Assembly: GCA_964252075.1 (NCBI GenBank)
Contig: CAXULY010000061.1
Location: 1 to 27,284, forward strand
Source of the DNA: an uncultured Deinococcaceae bacterium
Lineage (GTDB): Bacteria; Deinococcota; Deinococci; Deinococcales; Deinococcaceae
Direction: 5' to 3'
Length of the DNA stretch: 27,284 bases
Positions 18,707 through 27,284 of this stretch are shown one piece after another. Position numbers and translations under genes: made by a program. How positions within the stretch are numbered: position 1 is the first letter of the stretch; every line of letters begins with the position of its first letter. The notes below the pieces were generated by a model that worked only from the letters and a program-made list of their open reading frames with translations, searched no databases and had not been told where the DNA came from.

Positions 18707-19438
18707 ATGAATTCAAGTGATACGCCTCCCACCCACGTCGCCTTCGATTTCGACGGCACCCTCGCCGACTCCCCGCACCTCATGATCAGCCTCTACAACG
18801 ACGTCGCGCGCCGCCGCGGTTACGGAGAACTCACGCCTGAAAACCTCGCGCACCTGCGCGGCATGGGTGTCCGCGAACGCGCCCAGGCCCTGGGCGTCCC
18901 CATCCACCGCCTGCCCACCGTCGTGCTCGAAGTCGCGCGCGCCTACCGCAGCGTCACAGACCGCATCACCCTCTACCCAGGCATTCCCGCACTCATCGAC
19001 CACCTCGCCACCCAAGGCGTTCAGCTCTTCGTCCTCTCCACCAACCGGGAAGACAACATCCGGGACATCCTGCGCCGCGCCGCCCTCGAAGACCGCATCG
19101 CGGGTGTGTACGCCAGCCATCATCTGCTCGGCAAGGCGCCGCTGCTGCGGCGCCTCCTCAAAAGGGAGGGCATCGCGCGCGAACACTTCGCTTACGTGGG
19201 TGACGAGCAGCGCGACGTCGACGCCTGCCGTGAAGTCGGCGTGCGGGTCATTGCGGTGGGCTGGGGCATCGACCCCATCGAGCGGCTCCAGGCGGCGAAG
19301 CCCGACCTGCTGGCGTCCACGCCGGCGGAACTCGCCCGCTTCCTGGGCGTGAAAGACCCGCAAGCCGGTGCTCCCATCGCCGCCGAACGACACCCAGAAA
19401 ACCTTGAAACGCCCAGAATCGGTGCGGCTGAACGATAA
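18707..19438 (+). CDS. HAD-superfamily hydrolase (phosphoglycolate phosphatase-like)
   Basis: FDFDGTLADS, LSTN, GK and YVGDEQRD motifs. TACGAT lies 7 nt before ATG 18707. Confidence 0.92.
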   Translation: MNSSDTPPTHVAFDFDGTLADSPHLMISLYNDVARRRGYGELTPENLAHLRGMGVRERAQALGVPIHRLPTVVLEVARAYRSVTDRITLYPGIPALIDHLATQGVQLFVLSTNREDNIRDILRRAALEDRIAGVYASHHLLGKAPLLRRLLKREGIAREHFAYVGDEQRDVDACREVGVRVIAVGWGIDPIERLQAAKPDLLASTPAELARFLGVKDPQAGAPIAAERHPENLETPRIGAAER

Positions 19439-19597
19439 CCGCACCCATCGCGGCGACGGACCTTACGCGTTACTTCCGCTCCCTACCACAGCACAGTTGC
19501 CTGGAACGCTCAGGGCAGTCATCCCGGGAAGCTGTACGCAGGGCACGCCCGAACGCGCAGGGCCATCCACCAGTGCTTCAAGGGATATCCTGCCTTC

Positions 19598-20983
19598 ATG
19601 CCCCTCTTGGACACAGTCCGCGCCCTCGCCCCTTACCTCGAGTCCTGGCTGGACTACCAGCGGGACCTGGCGCGCGTGCCGGGCGTTCAGGTGGCCGTGC
19701 GCGTGAATGGTGAGCTGGCGGCTTCATTCGCGCTGGGCGTGGCGAACGAGGCCACCGGGCAGCCGCTCACCCCGCAGCACCTCTTTCGGATCGCCTCGCA
19801 CTCCAAGACCTTCACCGCGACCGCCGTCTTCCAGCTGGTCGAGGCGGGCACGCTGCGCCTGGACGACCGGGCGGGCCGCTGGCTGCCGGAACTGGAGGGG
19901 TCACCCGCCGCGGCGCTGACGGTGCGGGCCCTGCTGGGGCATCAGTCCGGCATCAACCGCGATGGTGCCGACAGCGACTACTGGCAGCAGCTTCACGCGT
20001 TCCCCGACCGGGACGCCCTGATCGCCCTGTGCCGCGCCCACGCCGTGTTCCCACCCGACCAGTACTTCAAGTACTCGAACATGGGTTACTCCCTGCTGGG
20101 CCTGATCGTCGAGGCGGCCAGCGGGCTGACGTACGCGGAGTACGTGGCGGAGCACATTACTGGGCCGCTCGCCCTGAGCCATCTGGGGCCGGAACTGCCC
20201 CCTGAACGCGAGCCCGAGCTGGCGGCGGGGCACAGCGGGCGCCTCGCGGGCCACGATGCGCGGCGGGTGCTGCCCTCCTCGGACACCCGCGCGATGGCGG
20301 CGGCCACCGGGTTCTACGGCACGGCGGAGGACGTCACCGCCTACCTGGCGGCGCACGCACCGGGACGCGACGAGCTGGTCACGGACGCGTCCAAGCGCCT
20401 GATGCAGCGCAAAGAATCCGAGATCACCCGACCGGTGAAACGCTGGTACGGACTGGGCTTCATCGTGGAGCAGATCGGGGCGCGCACGGTGGTCGGCCAC
20501 TCGGGCGGCTTCCCCGGACACATCACGCAGTCGTGGCTCGACCCGGCATCGGGACTCGCGGTGTCCGTGCTCACGAACTGCCTGGGCGGCCCCGCGACGG
20601 AATGGGCGACGAACCTCATCAAACTGATTGACCTGGCGACGCGAGCGCCAGAACGGCAGACGCCGGACGCGCCGGGCATCGACCTGGAGCGCTTCACCGG
20701 TCGGTTCGCGACCGACTGGGGGGCGTACGACGTCGTGAACCTGAACGGCCGCCTGGTGTCCCTGACGCCGCAGGGCGATCCAACGATGAGCGTCACCGAG
20801 CTGCGGGTGGTGGATGCGGAGACGCTGATGCCCGAACCTGAGGCGGGGTTCGGGGCGGTGGGCGAACCGTACCGCTACCAGCGCACGGAGGGAGGCGACA
20901 TTGAGTGGGTGCGTCAGGGCGGCGGGCGGTCCTGGCCCATCGCGGCGTACCGTCAGCAAATGGGCCTCGACCCGCGGCCCTGA
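19598..20983 (+). CDS. Serine hydrolase, beta-lactamase/AmpC-like (peptidase S12) family
   Basis: FRIASHSK (SxxK), YSN and GHSGG. No signal peptide. TATCCT lies 6 nt before the ATG. Confidence 0.92.
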   Translation: MPLLDTVRALAPYLESWLDYQRDLARVPGVQVAVRVNGELAASFALGVANEATGQPLTPQHLFRIASHSKTFTATAVFQLVEAGTLRLDDRAGRWLPELEGSPAAALTVRALLGHQSGINRDGADSDYWQQLHAFPDRDALIALCRAHAVFPPDQYFKYSNMGYSLLGLIVEAASGLTYAEYVAEHITGPLALSHLGPELPPEREPELAAGHSGRLAGHDARRVLPSSDTRAMAAATGFYGTAEDVTAYLAAHAPGRDELVTDASKRLMQRKESEITRPVKRWYGLGFIVEQIGARTVVGHSGGFPGHITQSWLDPASGLAVSVLTNCLGGPATEWATNLIKLIDLATRAPERQTPDAPGIDLERFTGRFATDWGAYDVVNLNGRLVSLTPQGDPTMSVTELRVVDAETLMPEPEAGFGAVGEPYRYQRTEGGDIEWVRQGGGRSWPIAAYRQQMGLDPRP

Positions 20984-21488
20984 ACACACATTGCCGGGCG
21001 CAGCACCTGCCCTGTGCGTCCATGACCACGCCGCGCACCTCGCCGTGACCGCTCGCACCGCTGTCTTACAATTCGATCTGAGCGGCAATGAACGATGTCA
21101 GGCCTGCACACTGGCCATGTGCGCGGTGATTAGCGGGTGTGCGCAACGGTTTTTGACCAAGTTTTGTTGGTGTCGCTGCCCGCCGCCCTGACCGGGACGT
21201 CTCGTTGTGAAGCGGCGACCGCGCGCCCACCGCGCATAATCAGGAGCCGCCTGTTCAGTGTTCCGGGTGGGGGACTGGAAGCGGTGCCTTGGCGCGGTCC
21301 GGCTCCCTCGCAGTTCGGTCATGAAGACGGGGCGTTCAAAAGGTACGCGAGTCGTTAGGCAACTGGCCCGTGGTGAGTTGGTGCGTGGAGCGTCACGGAC
21401 GACTGCTCAGGAATGCGGGAGTGGATCAACGGCGTTGGGTGGCATTCGCCCGCGATGCAAATCGCTCCTCCGCGCCCTGAGCAGGATT

Positions 21489-22214
21489 TCACTCAAGCCC
21501 CTCCACCTCTGATAAGCCGATCGAACCGACGCTCGTGGCGGCACCTGTCGTGCGGTCGAGGCGCACCACCTCTCCGTCGCGAGTCACGCCGTACAGGCGC
21601 TCGCCGCGAAAGGCCAGTCCGTACACGTCCTTGACCCCGGTGAGTCCGACGTTCGTGGCGAGGCCCGTCGTGGAGTCCACCGTGACCAGTCGGTCGGAAG
21701 TCCGCGCGGTGAGCGTGGCGTACAGCGTGCCATCCGGCGCGAACGCCAGGTCGCCGCCCACGCCCTCGGCGAGACCGCTGGGGTTGAGGGCCGTCGTGCG
21801 GCCCGTGGCGGGGTCGACGCGGTAGAAGATGCCGCCTGCGCTCGCGCCGAACAGCGCGCCCTGCCCGTCGAAGGCGAGGGCATTCATGTCGTACACGTTC
21901 ATGCTGCCGATGAACGCGTCTTCGCCGGACTGAAGGTCGAGGCGGTGAAGCTCGGAATTGGTGATGGCGAAGCGGGCGCCGGTCGTGGGGTCGCGCGCGA
22001 GGTCGAAGAACACCGTGGGGGGCGAGCGGCGGTGCACGAATGACCGCGCAGGTACTTCTGGGTCGAGCGCGTGCAGGTCCGCGCCGGCGGCCATCAGGAT
22101 TCGGCCTTCAGGGATGGGGGCTGGGCGGAGCACCTCCGGCGCGTTCGGGGCGGCGCACGCGGCGAGCAGTGCGGCGAGTGCACCGGCAACTATGGGGAAG
22201 GGCAGGGTGGGCAT
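21489..22214 (-). CDS. Lipoprotein with beta-propeller-like repeats (241 aa)
   Basis: Lipobox LAAC. Repeats LAFDGQGALFG..FYRVDPATG, LAFAPDGTLYA..LVTVDSTTG and LAFRGERLYG..VRLDRTTG. RBS GGAGG lies 5 nt before ATG 22214. Confidence 0.85.
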   Translation of the reverse strand: MPTLPFPIVAGALAALLAACAAPNAPEVLRPAPIPEGRILMAAGADLHALDPEVPARSFVHRRSPPTVFFDLARDPTTGARFAITNSELHRLDLQSGEDAFIGSMNVYDMNALAFDGQGALFGASAGGIFYRVDPATGRTTALNPSGLAEGVGGDLAFAPDGTLYATLTARTSDRLVTVDSTTGLATNVGLTGVKDVYGLAFRGERLYGVTRDGEVVRLDRTTGAATSVGSIGLSEVEGLE

Positions 22215-22478
22215 GCGATCCTCCGGTGTAGAACGGAGAGTAGAACGATTCGAGCGTGGCGAGACACGTCTGGGGCGCGGAGTGTCATTTGCCGATCGGC
22301 GCCAAGAAGTGTGGCCGTGTGGTCGCGCGTGGGCGGTGCACGATGCCTGCCCTCGCGCCATTGCTGTGACGGTAGTTGGGTGCGCACTCTACTTGACGCT
22401 CTGGTCGAGCCAAGTGAAGTGGGTTAGATGCGAGGTGTTTCGCTGTCGAGCGGTCGCCGTTGCCTGATGACCGCCTTC

Positions 22479-22508
22479 AACCTATCCGGATTTTTCATGC
22501 AGAGTCAA
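22479..22508 (-). promoter_or_regulatory. Sigma70-type promoter TTGACT-N18-TAGGTT
   Basis: -35 at 22508-22503 and -10 at 22484-22479, with an A/T tract upstream; points toward the lipoprotein gene. Confidence 0.55.
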
Positions 22509-23277
22509 GAAAAAACGTGCGTACTGGATGACTAAGCCATCGTGCGGAGGACGATCACCTGACGCCTGCAAAGACTGCATCACAAAAGCCAATCTGCGCA
22601 CTGCCTAGCGACGAGTCTCAAAAACGTTTGCTTGCGAGTTTGATGCTTCACGCAGCGTCGCAACCGTGCATCGTTCCTGCAGTCACGCGGCCCCGCCGTC
22701 CTATGAATCGCTATCGCCCTGCCAGATTTATTCTTGCTGCACACAGAGATGCCTTCTCAGGACGGTCGTCCAGTGCATCAGCACTTCACCAGTGCCTGGT
22801 TCGTTTTGGTGGGTGTTCAAGCTTCGGTTCGTCCTCCTCAATACGGAGATGACCCAAACCGCGTGTGTCCTCGTACTCTCGAGACACCTCACCGTGCCTC
22901 CGGCGAGGAACACGCACCTGCGTCTGCTGGCGCGGTCACTGTGCTCCGGTGTGGGAACTGTCCTCACGCCGCACGAGCGCGCGAACGCGCCATTGCTGTG
23001 CGCCCGAGGAGCCCGGCACTCCGCGCAGGTCTCATGGCGATTGCTTGTATTCGCCTCACCGCTTGAATACATGACCCTTCTGTCGTCAGTCAGGACGTGG
23101 GGACCGAAGTTGGAGAGCCATCCGTTGCGCTGCGTTCACGCCTGGCCCGTCCGGTTCGCCGACGCTTCCCGCGCCGTCCGCGTTGCTTCAGGGCCGAAGG
23201 TCTTCTCCGGGAAGGAATGCAACTGGACCCGGTCGGTCTCTGCGGCGACGAGAACCCACGCGCATGGCATCCAGAGA

Positions 23278-23322
23278 TTGCCCAACCCAATCGTCGCATC
23301 CTGCGACGATTGGGTTGGGCAA
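23278..23322. repeat. Perfect 21-bp inverted repeat (hairpin, possible terminator)
   Basis: TTGCCCAACCCAATCGTCGCA-TCC-TGCGACGATTGGGTTGGGCAA; no U-tract after it on either strand. Confidence 0.7.
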
Positions 23323-23417
23323 AATTAAGCCGACCTGCACAAATATGGGCGACACGTCAAAGGTGCCGCCCATGTCCGCGCGTCCTTGGTTGCAGGTGCC
23401 TTCCACGAACGTGCGGC

Positions 23418-24012
23418 TCACCAGGCTGGTGCGGCGCTGAGCGGCTGGCCCTGCAGGCGCTCCGGGCTGGGCAGGTCAGCGGTGATCTTCGTGGGTGCCG
23501 TCTCGTAACTCAGGCGGTACGCCGTCAGGGCGTTCGCAGGGTCCTGTGCGCGCTGCAGCGACAGGACCGCGTCGTGCAGCGAGGACGTGAGGCTCAGCAG
23601 CGTCGCGGTGCCGGTCTGTCCGGGCGCGGCCGGGTCGAACACGAATGTGGGTTCCGCGAGGGGGTCGGTCGCGCCCTGCGCGCGCGCGGAGTGCCTGCAG
23701 AGCGGGACTGCGTTGCGCGGCGGGCACACCCGCGAGGGTATCGCGGTCCCGCTGGAACTGCTGGAGGGCCGCGGCTCACTGCGCCGCCTGGCTCTGGTCG
23801 TTCACCAGCACCAGTTCGCCGCTCGCGACGCGCCGCTGGAACTCCGCCGGGTCGATCGTCTCGGCGCCTTCCGGCAGTGGACCGCGCCACGCGTGCTCGC
23901 TGGTGAAGGGCGTTGCAGCTGGGTTCCCTGCTCCCGGCCCGCCTGAACTGCCGCCGCAGGCAGTGAGGGTGAGCAGACCGAGGAACGCCAGAGCGGATAT
24001 GGATGTGCGCAT
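23418..24012 (-). pseudogene. Lipoprotein pseudogene (nonsense mutation, frameshift, apparent 3' truncation)
   Basis: RBS AAGGAG, MRTSISALAFLGLLTLTACGG lipobox, TGA at 23778-23776. In-frame continuation AAALQQFQRDRDTL...SPALQAL, frameshift near 23685, then AQGATDPLAEP...LPSPERLQGQPL. Confidence 0.75.
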
Positions 24013-24316
24013 CGTGATCTCCTTCGTGAAGCGGTGCTCGACAGCATGCGGCCCCAGGCGTTGCACGGCCGTTGCGCGGTCGGGTGCGCCAGCCCAGCGC
24101 CCAGATGGTCCAGTGGGGAAGGCTCCTCGCAGAGGCGCGGCGCACCGGCATGTGAGGGGCGAACGGCAGGGAGCGCCCCCTGGCGGAACCGCATGGCCGT
24201 TCGGGCCTCTGGGTGGTGCTGCGCCGTGCGATGCGAACAGGCCCATGTCCGAGTGTGCGAAAGGTAACGCCGCTCACCCTCACACGCGTGTCATGATGAC
24301 CGGACCGCAGGGAACC

Positions 24317-26029
24317 ATGCCTGACCTTCATCCTTCCAGATCAGCGCGGCTCGACATGGCCAGCCTCATCCGTGACTTCGACTGGACCGCCACGCCCCTC
24401 GGCCCGCCGTCCACCTGGCCCACCTGCCTGCACACCATCACGAACCTGATCCTCGACCACCCCATCGGCATGCTCGTCCTGTGGGGCTCAGGCCTCACGC
24501 AGATCTACAACGACGCCTTCGGCGCGCTCATGGGCGGCAAGCACCCGGGGGGTCTGGGGCAGCCCAGCCGCGACTGCTGGCCGGAACTGTGGGACTTCAC
24601 CGCCCCCATCTACGACCGCGTGCTGAGCCACGGTGTGCCCGCGCAGTTCACCGACCAGCGCCTCATCGTGCAGCGGCACGGCGCGGACGAGGAAGCGTAC
24701 TTCACCCTCAGTTACAGCCCCATCCGCAGCGACACCGGCTGCATTGAGGGGGTGCTCGTCACCGCCATCGAGACGACCGACCGCGTGCACGCCGAACGGG
24801 CCGCCCGCGAGCGCGAGCTGCTGCTGGATGGCCGCAACGCCACCCTGCAGGCCTTCACCGAATTGACCCGTGAGCTGACCCTGCAATCCGACCCGGCCGC
24901 CCTGACCGAGCACGCGCTGCGCATGGCCCTGTCGCTGCTGCCCCCTGGCTTCGGCATGTACTACGAGCAGCGCGGGGCGCGCTGGGTCGCGACGGCGCAG
25001 GTCGGGAGCGTGCGGTCCGAGGCCCTGCAAGCTGCCGTCCAGGCGGGCTTTCCGGTGGGCTCAACACCCACCCTGGACTGGCCACACGAGCACCGCGCGC
25101 CGTACTACCAGGACGAGTACGGGCAGGAGCAGGACGTGAACGCCCAGATCGTGCAGCAGATTCAGAGCACCGTCACCCTGCCCGTGCTGGTGGACGGGCA
25201 GGTGAGCGGCATCTACAACATCTCGCTGTTCGACCGCAGGCCGTGGAGCGACGCGGACCGCGCGGTGATGGAAACGACGGTGCGCAGCCTGGGCCTCGCG
25301 CTGGAGGGCGCGCGGGGCGTGGCGCAACTCGCCGACGAGCGGCGCAAACTGCAGGCCGCCAACGAGGAACTCGAAGCGTTCGCGTACTCGGTGAGTCACG
25401 ACCTGCGCACCCCGGTGCGGCACATCACGGGGTTCCTGGAGCTGCTGCACATCAGCGTGGACGAGAAGCTCGACGCGAACGAGCGGCGGTACCTGCAGAC
25501 GGCGGAGAACGCCGCCCGCCGCATGAACACCTTAATTGACGCGCTGCTGGACCTTTCCCGCACGTCCCGCGTGCCGCTCCGCCTCGACCTCGTGGACCTG
25601 GGTGAACTGGTCGCGGGCGTGCGCGCCGAATTCGTGCTGGAAGTCGCGCAGCGGCAGGTGGAGTGGACGGTCGGTGCACTGCCGGTCGTGATTGGCGATC
25701 ACGGCACGCTGCACCAGGTGCTGGTGAACCTGCTCTCCAACGCCCTGAAGTACACGCGGACGCGGGACACGGCGCGCATCGAGGTGTGGGCCGAAGAGCG
25801 CGAGCGGGAGTGGGCGGTGTTCGTGCGGGACAACGGGGTGGGCTTCAACCCGCAGTACACCGACAAGCTGTTTGGGGTGTTCCAGCGGCTGCACCGCGCC
25901 GACGACTTCGAGGGCACCGGGGTGGGCCTCGCGAACGTGCGGCGCGTCATTCAGCGTCACGGGGGCGAAGTCGCGGCGGAAGGACGGCCCGGCGAAGGCG
26001 CGGTGTTCAGCTTCACCCTCCCCAAGTGA
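24317..26029 (+). CDS. Sensor histidine kinase, PAS-like + GAF + HisKA + HATPase
   Basis: DWTATPLGP..W PAS-like N-terminus, H-box AYSVSHDLRTP, N-box NLLSNALKY, DNGVGF, FQRLH and GTGVGL. Start uncertain (24293-24357). Confidence 0.93.
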   Translation: MPDLHPSRSARLDMASLIRDFDWTATPLGPPSTWPTCLHTITNLILDHPIGMLVLWGSGLTQIYNDAFGALMGGKHPGGLGQPSRDCWPELWDFTAPIYDRVLSHGVPAQFTDQRLIVQRHGADEEAYFTLSYSPIRSDTGCIEGVLVTAIETTDRVHAERAARERELLLDGRNATLQAFTELTRELTLQSDPAALTEHALRMALSLLPPGFGMYYEQRGARWVATAQVGSVRSEALQAAVQAGFPVGSTPTLDWPHEHRAPYYQDEYGQEQDVNAQIVQQIQSTVTLPVLVDGQVSGIYNISLFDRRPWSDADRAVMETTVRSLGLALEGARGVAQLADERRKLQAANEELEAFAYSVSHDLRTPVRHITGFLELLHISVDEKLDANERRYLQTAENAARRMNTLIDALLDLSRTSRVPLRLDLVDLGELVAGVRAEFVLEVAQRQVEWTVGALPVVIGDHGTLHQVLVNLLSNALKYTRTRDTARIEVWAEEREREWAVFVRDNGVGFNPQYTDKLFGVFQRLHRADDFEGTGVGLANVRRVIQRHGGEVAAEGRPGEGAVFSFTLPK

Positions 26030-26345
26030 CACGAAGGCCGCCAAGTTGCCACTCGGAAATGATCTCGATGTACTCCCAGCGTTGGGGTGCCAGCGGGATG
26101 TTCTGCAAACGCTTGAATGGAAGTGCGCGTTGACCTGCTTCGGCGGGCCGGACGGCCAAACATATTCGAGTGAATCTGCACCAGCAGGTGCGGCACCTTC
26201 GGCTTGAACGAGACAGTCGAAAACGAAGCCAAGACGAGCGCCGGGCCGCGCTTGGGGAACCCTTGCGACACCGTCGCATCACCACCCAGGACGACACTTC
26301 TCCTGTGCTAAACGCCTCAGCTAAGGGCAGTCGTCGCAAATCGGT

Positions 26346-26615
26346 TTACTTGTTCCGGACGTAGTCGAAGACGTTCTTCACCGTCATGTACCCGTGATCC
26401 AGCATCTCGCCGAAGTCGTCCCAGTTCCCGCGGATCTTGAACATGGAGTGCTTGTTGATGATGACCTCCAGCACGATTTCTGCCGGGAGGTCATGCAGTG
26501 GGTCCTCCGGGGCTTCCACCACGTACACGGTGGCCTTGTGCACCCGCATCCACTCCACCTGTTCCCGCTGATCCTTCGTGAGCCGCTCTTCCCAGCCTTC
26601 CACCATCTGCGCCAT
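26346..26615 (-). CDS. Hypothetical protein (89 aa)
   Basis: MAQMVEGWEERLTKDQREQVEWMR...; strong G/C third-position bias. TAGAAT lies 7 nt before ATG 26615. Confidence 0.75.
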   Translation of the reverse strand: MAQMVEGWEERLTKDQREQVEWMRVHKATVYVVEAPEDPLHDLPAEIVLEVIINKHSMFKIRGNWDDFGEMLDHGYMTVKNVFDYVRNK

Positions 26616-27284
26616 ACCCGGGATTCTATTCGGCGGCAACCCAGACACGCCCTTCGCGGTTCCGTCATGCATTGGGACGGACGGCAATATGGACAGCAGG
26701 CCCTTCCCAACGTCCAGCGCACTTTAAAGGTGCTCAGGAGCGTAATGCGCACTGGGCACGCCAAGGATGCGGTCGGTTTACGGTACGCGAAGACCCGTAC
26801 GGTGGCCTTCGCCGTCCTTTACGCCCTCACTGCTGAAATGCAGCGCATGGGCTTCACTGGTTCGCACCATCACAGCACGGAGATCAGCCGGCAATCGGGC
26901 GGCCGACGGGACGGGGAGGCAACAGGGAAACGCGGCTGCACTCCCAGAACGTGTCCGCGATCTGGCTCTGCTGCGCCAGATCGCGAATAGTTCGTGGCTG
27001 CCTCTTGCGCATGGCCTTGCATTCAGCTCCCCGTGGAAGGCAGCACCTGACGCCATGCCGCGCCCACGTCTCCTGGCGGTCTTGCCTTATGGGCACCTTC
27101 CAGCTAGAGTCGCTGCATGTCTTGTGCCCGCATCCAGGTCGGTCTGCTGGGGGCGGGCGTGGGCCGACACCGACGGCCTGCCGGTCTGATCACGCGAACT
27201 CCACGCGCCTGAGGGCCGCTGTTTCCGCTCTCAGGCGCTTTGCGGTGTCCGCGCGTCCAGACCGGTTTTTGTGTGCCGTGGCGC

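Noticed and set aside
19598..20983. Beta-lactam resistance gene
   Set aside because: No signal peptide and an HSG rather than KTG motif; more likely an esterase or peptidase.
22666..23328. 220-aa plus-strand ORF
   Set aside because: No codon bias, RBS or motif; Cys/Ser/Arg-rich composition typical of non-coding DNA.
23645..24292. N-terminal extension of the 794-aa kinase ORF
   Set aside because: Overlaps the divergent lipoprotein pseudogene and has low-complexity composition.
26030..27284. Other ORFs around the 89-aa gene
   Set aside because: Possible gene debris, but no supportable start, motif or codon bias.
1..27284. CRISPR array, tRNA/rRNA, c-di-GMP or other known riboswitch, known anti-phage STAND (Avs) system
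   Set aside because: No spaced repeat array or RNA consensus was seen by eye. The ATPase has a DNA-binding output domain and no nuclease, TIR or SIR2 effector.

Overview
High-GC accessory-type region, very probably from a Deinococcus species. This is inferred from the protein families and from TANNNT -10 boxes lying 6-7 nt upstream of seven start codons. Intact genes: an ArsR/wHTH regulator divergent from an M19 dipeptidase; a small double-zinc-ribbon gene divergent from a 1029-aa P-loop ATPase-TPR-wHTH-BTAD regulator; a three-gene carbohydrate ABC importer with no ATPase; a tandem GNAT; an epoxide-hydrolase-like gene with a divergent TetR and a 39-bp perfect palindrome between them; a small wHTH protein; a second TetR; a HAD hydrolase; a beta-lactamase-like serine hydrolase; a beta-propeller-like lipoprotein; a PAS-GAF histidine kinase; the start of a GAF sensor gene cut by the left edge; and small hypotheticals. 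Decay is frequent, with two exported-protein pseudogenes, an eroded IS5-family transposase and other fragments. I saw no rRNA, tRNA, CRISPR array or intact mobile element. The best candidate for an undescribed system is the zinc-ribbon / ATPase-TPR-SARP-like divergon with phased TGACCC repeats. All family assignments come from reading motifs by eye; no searches were run.
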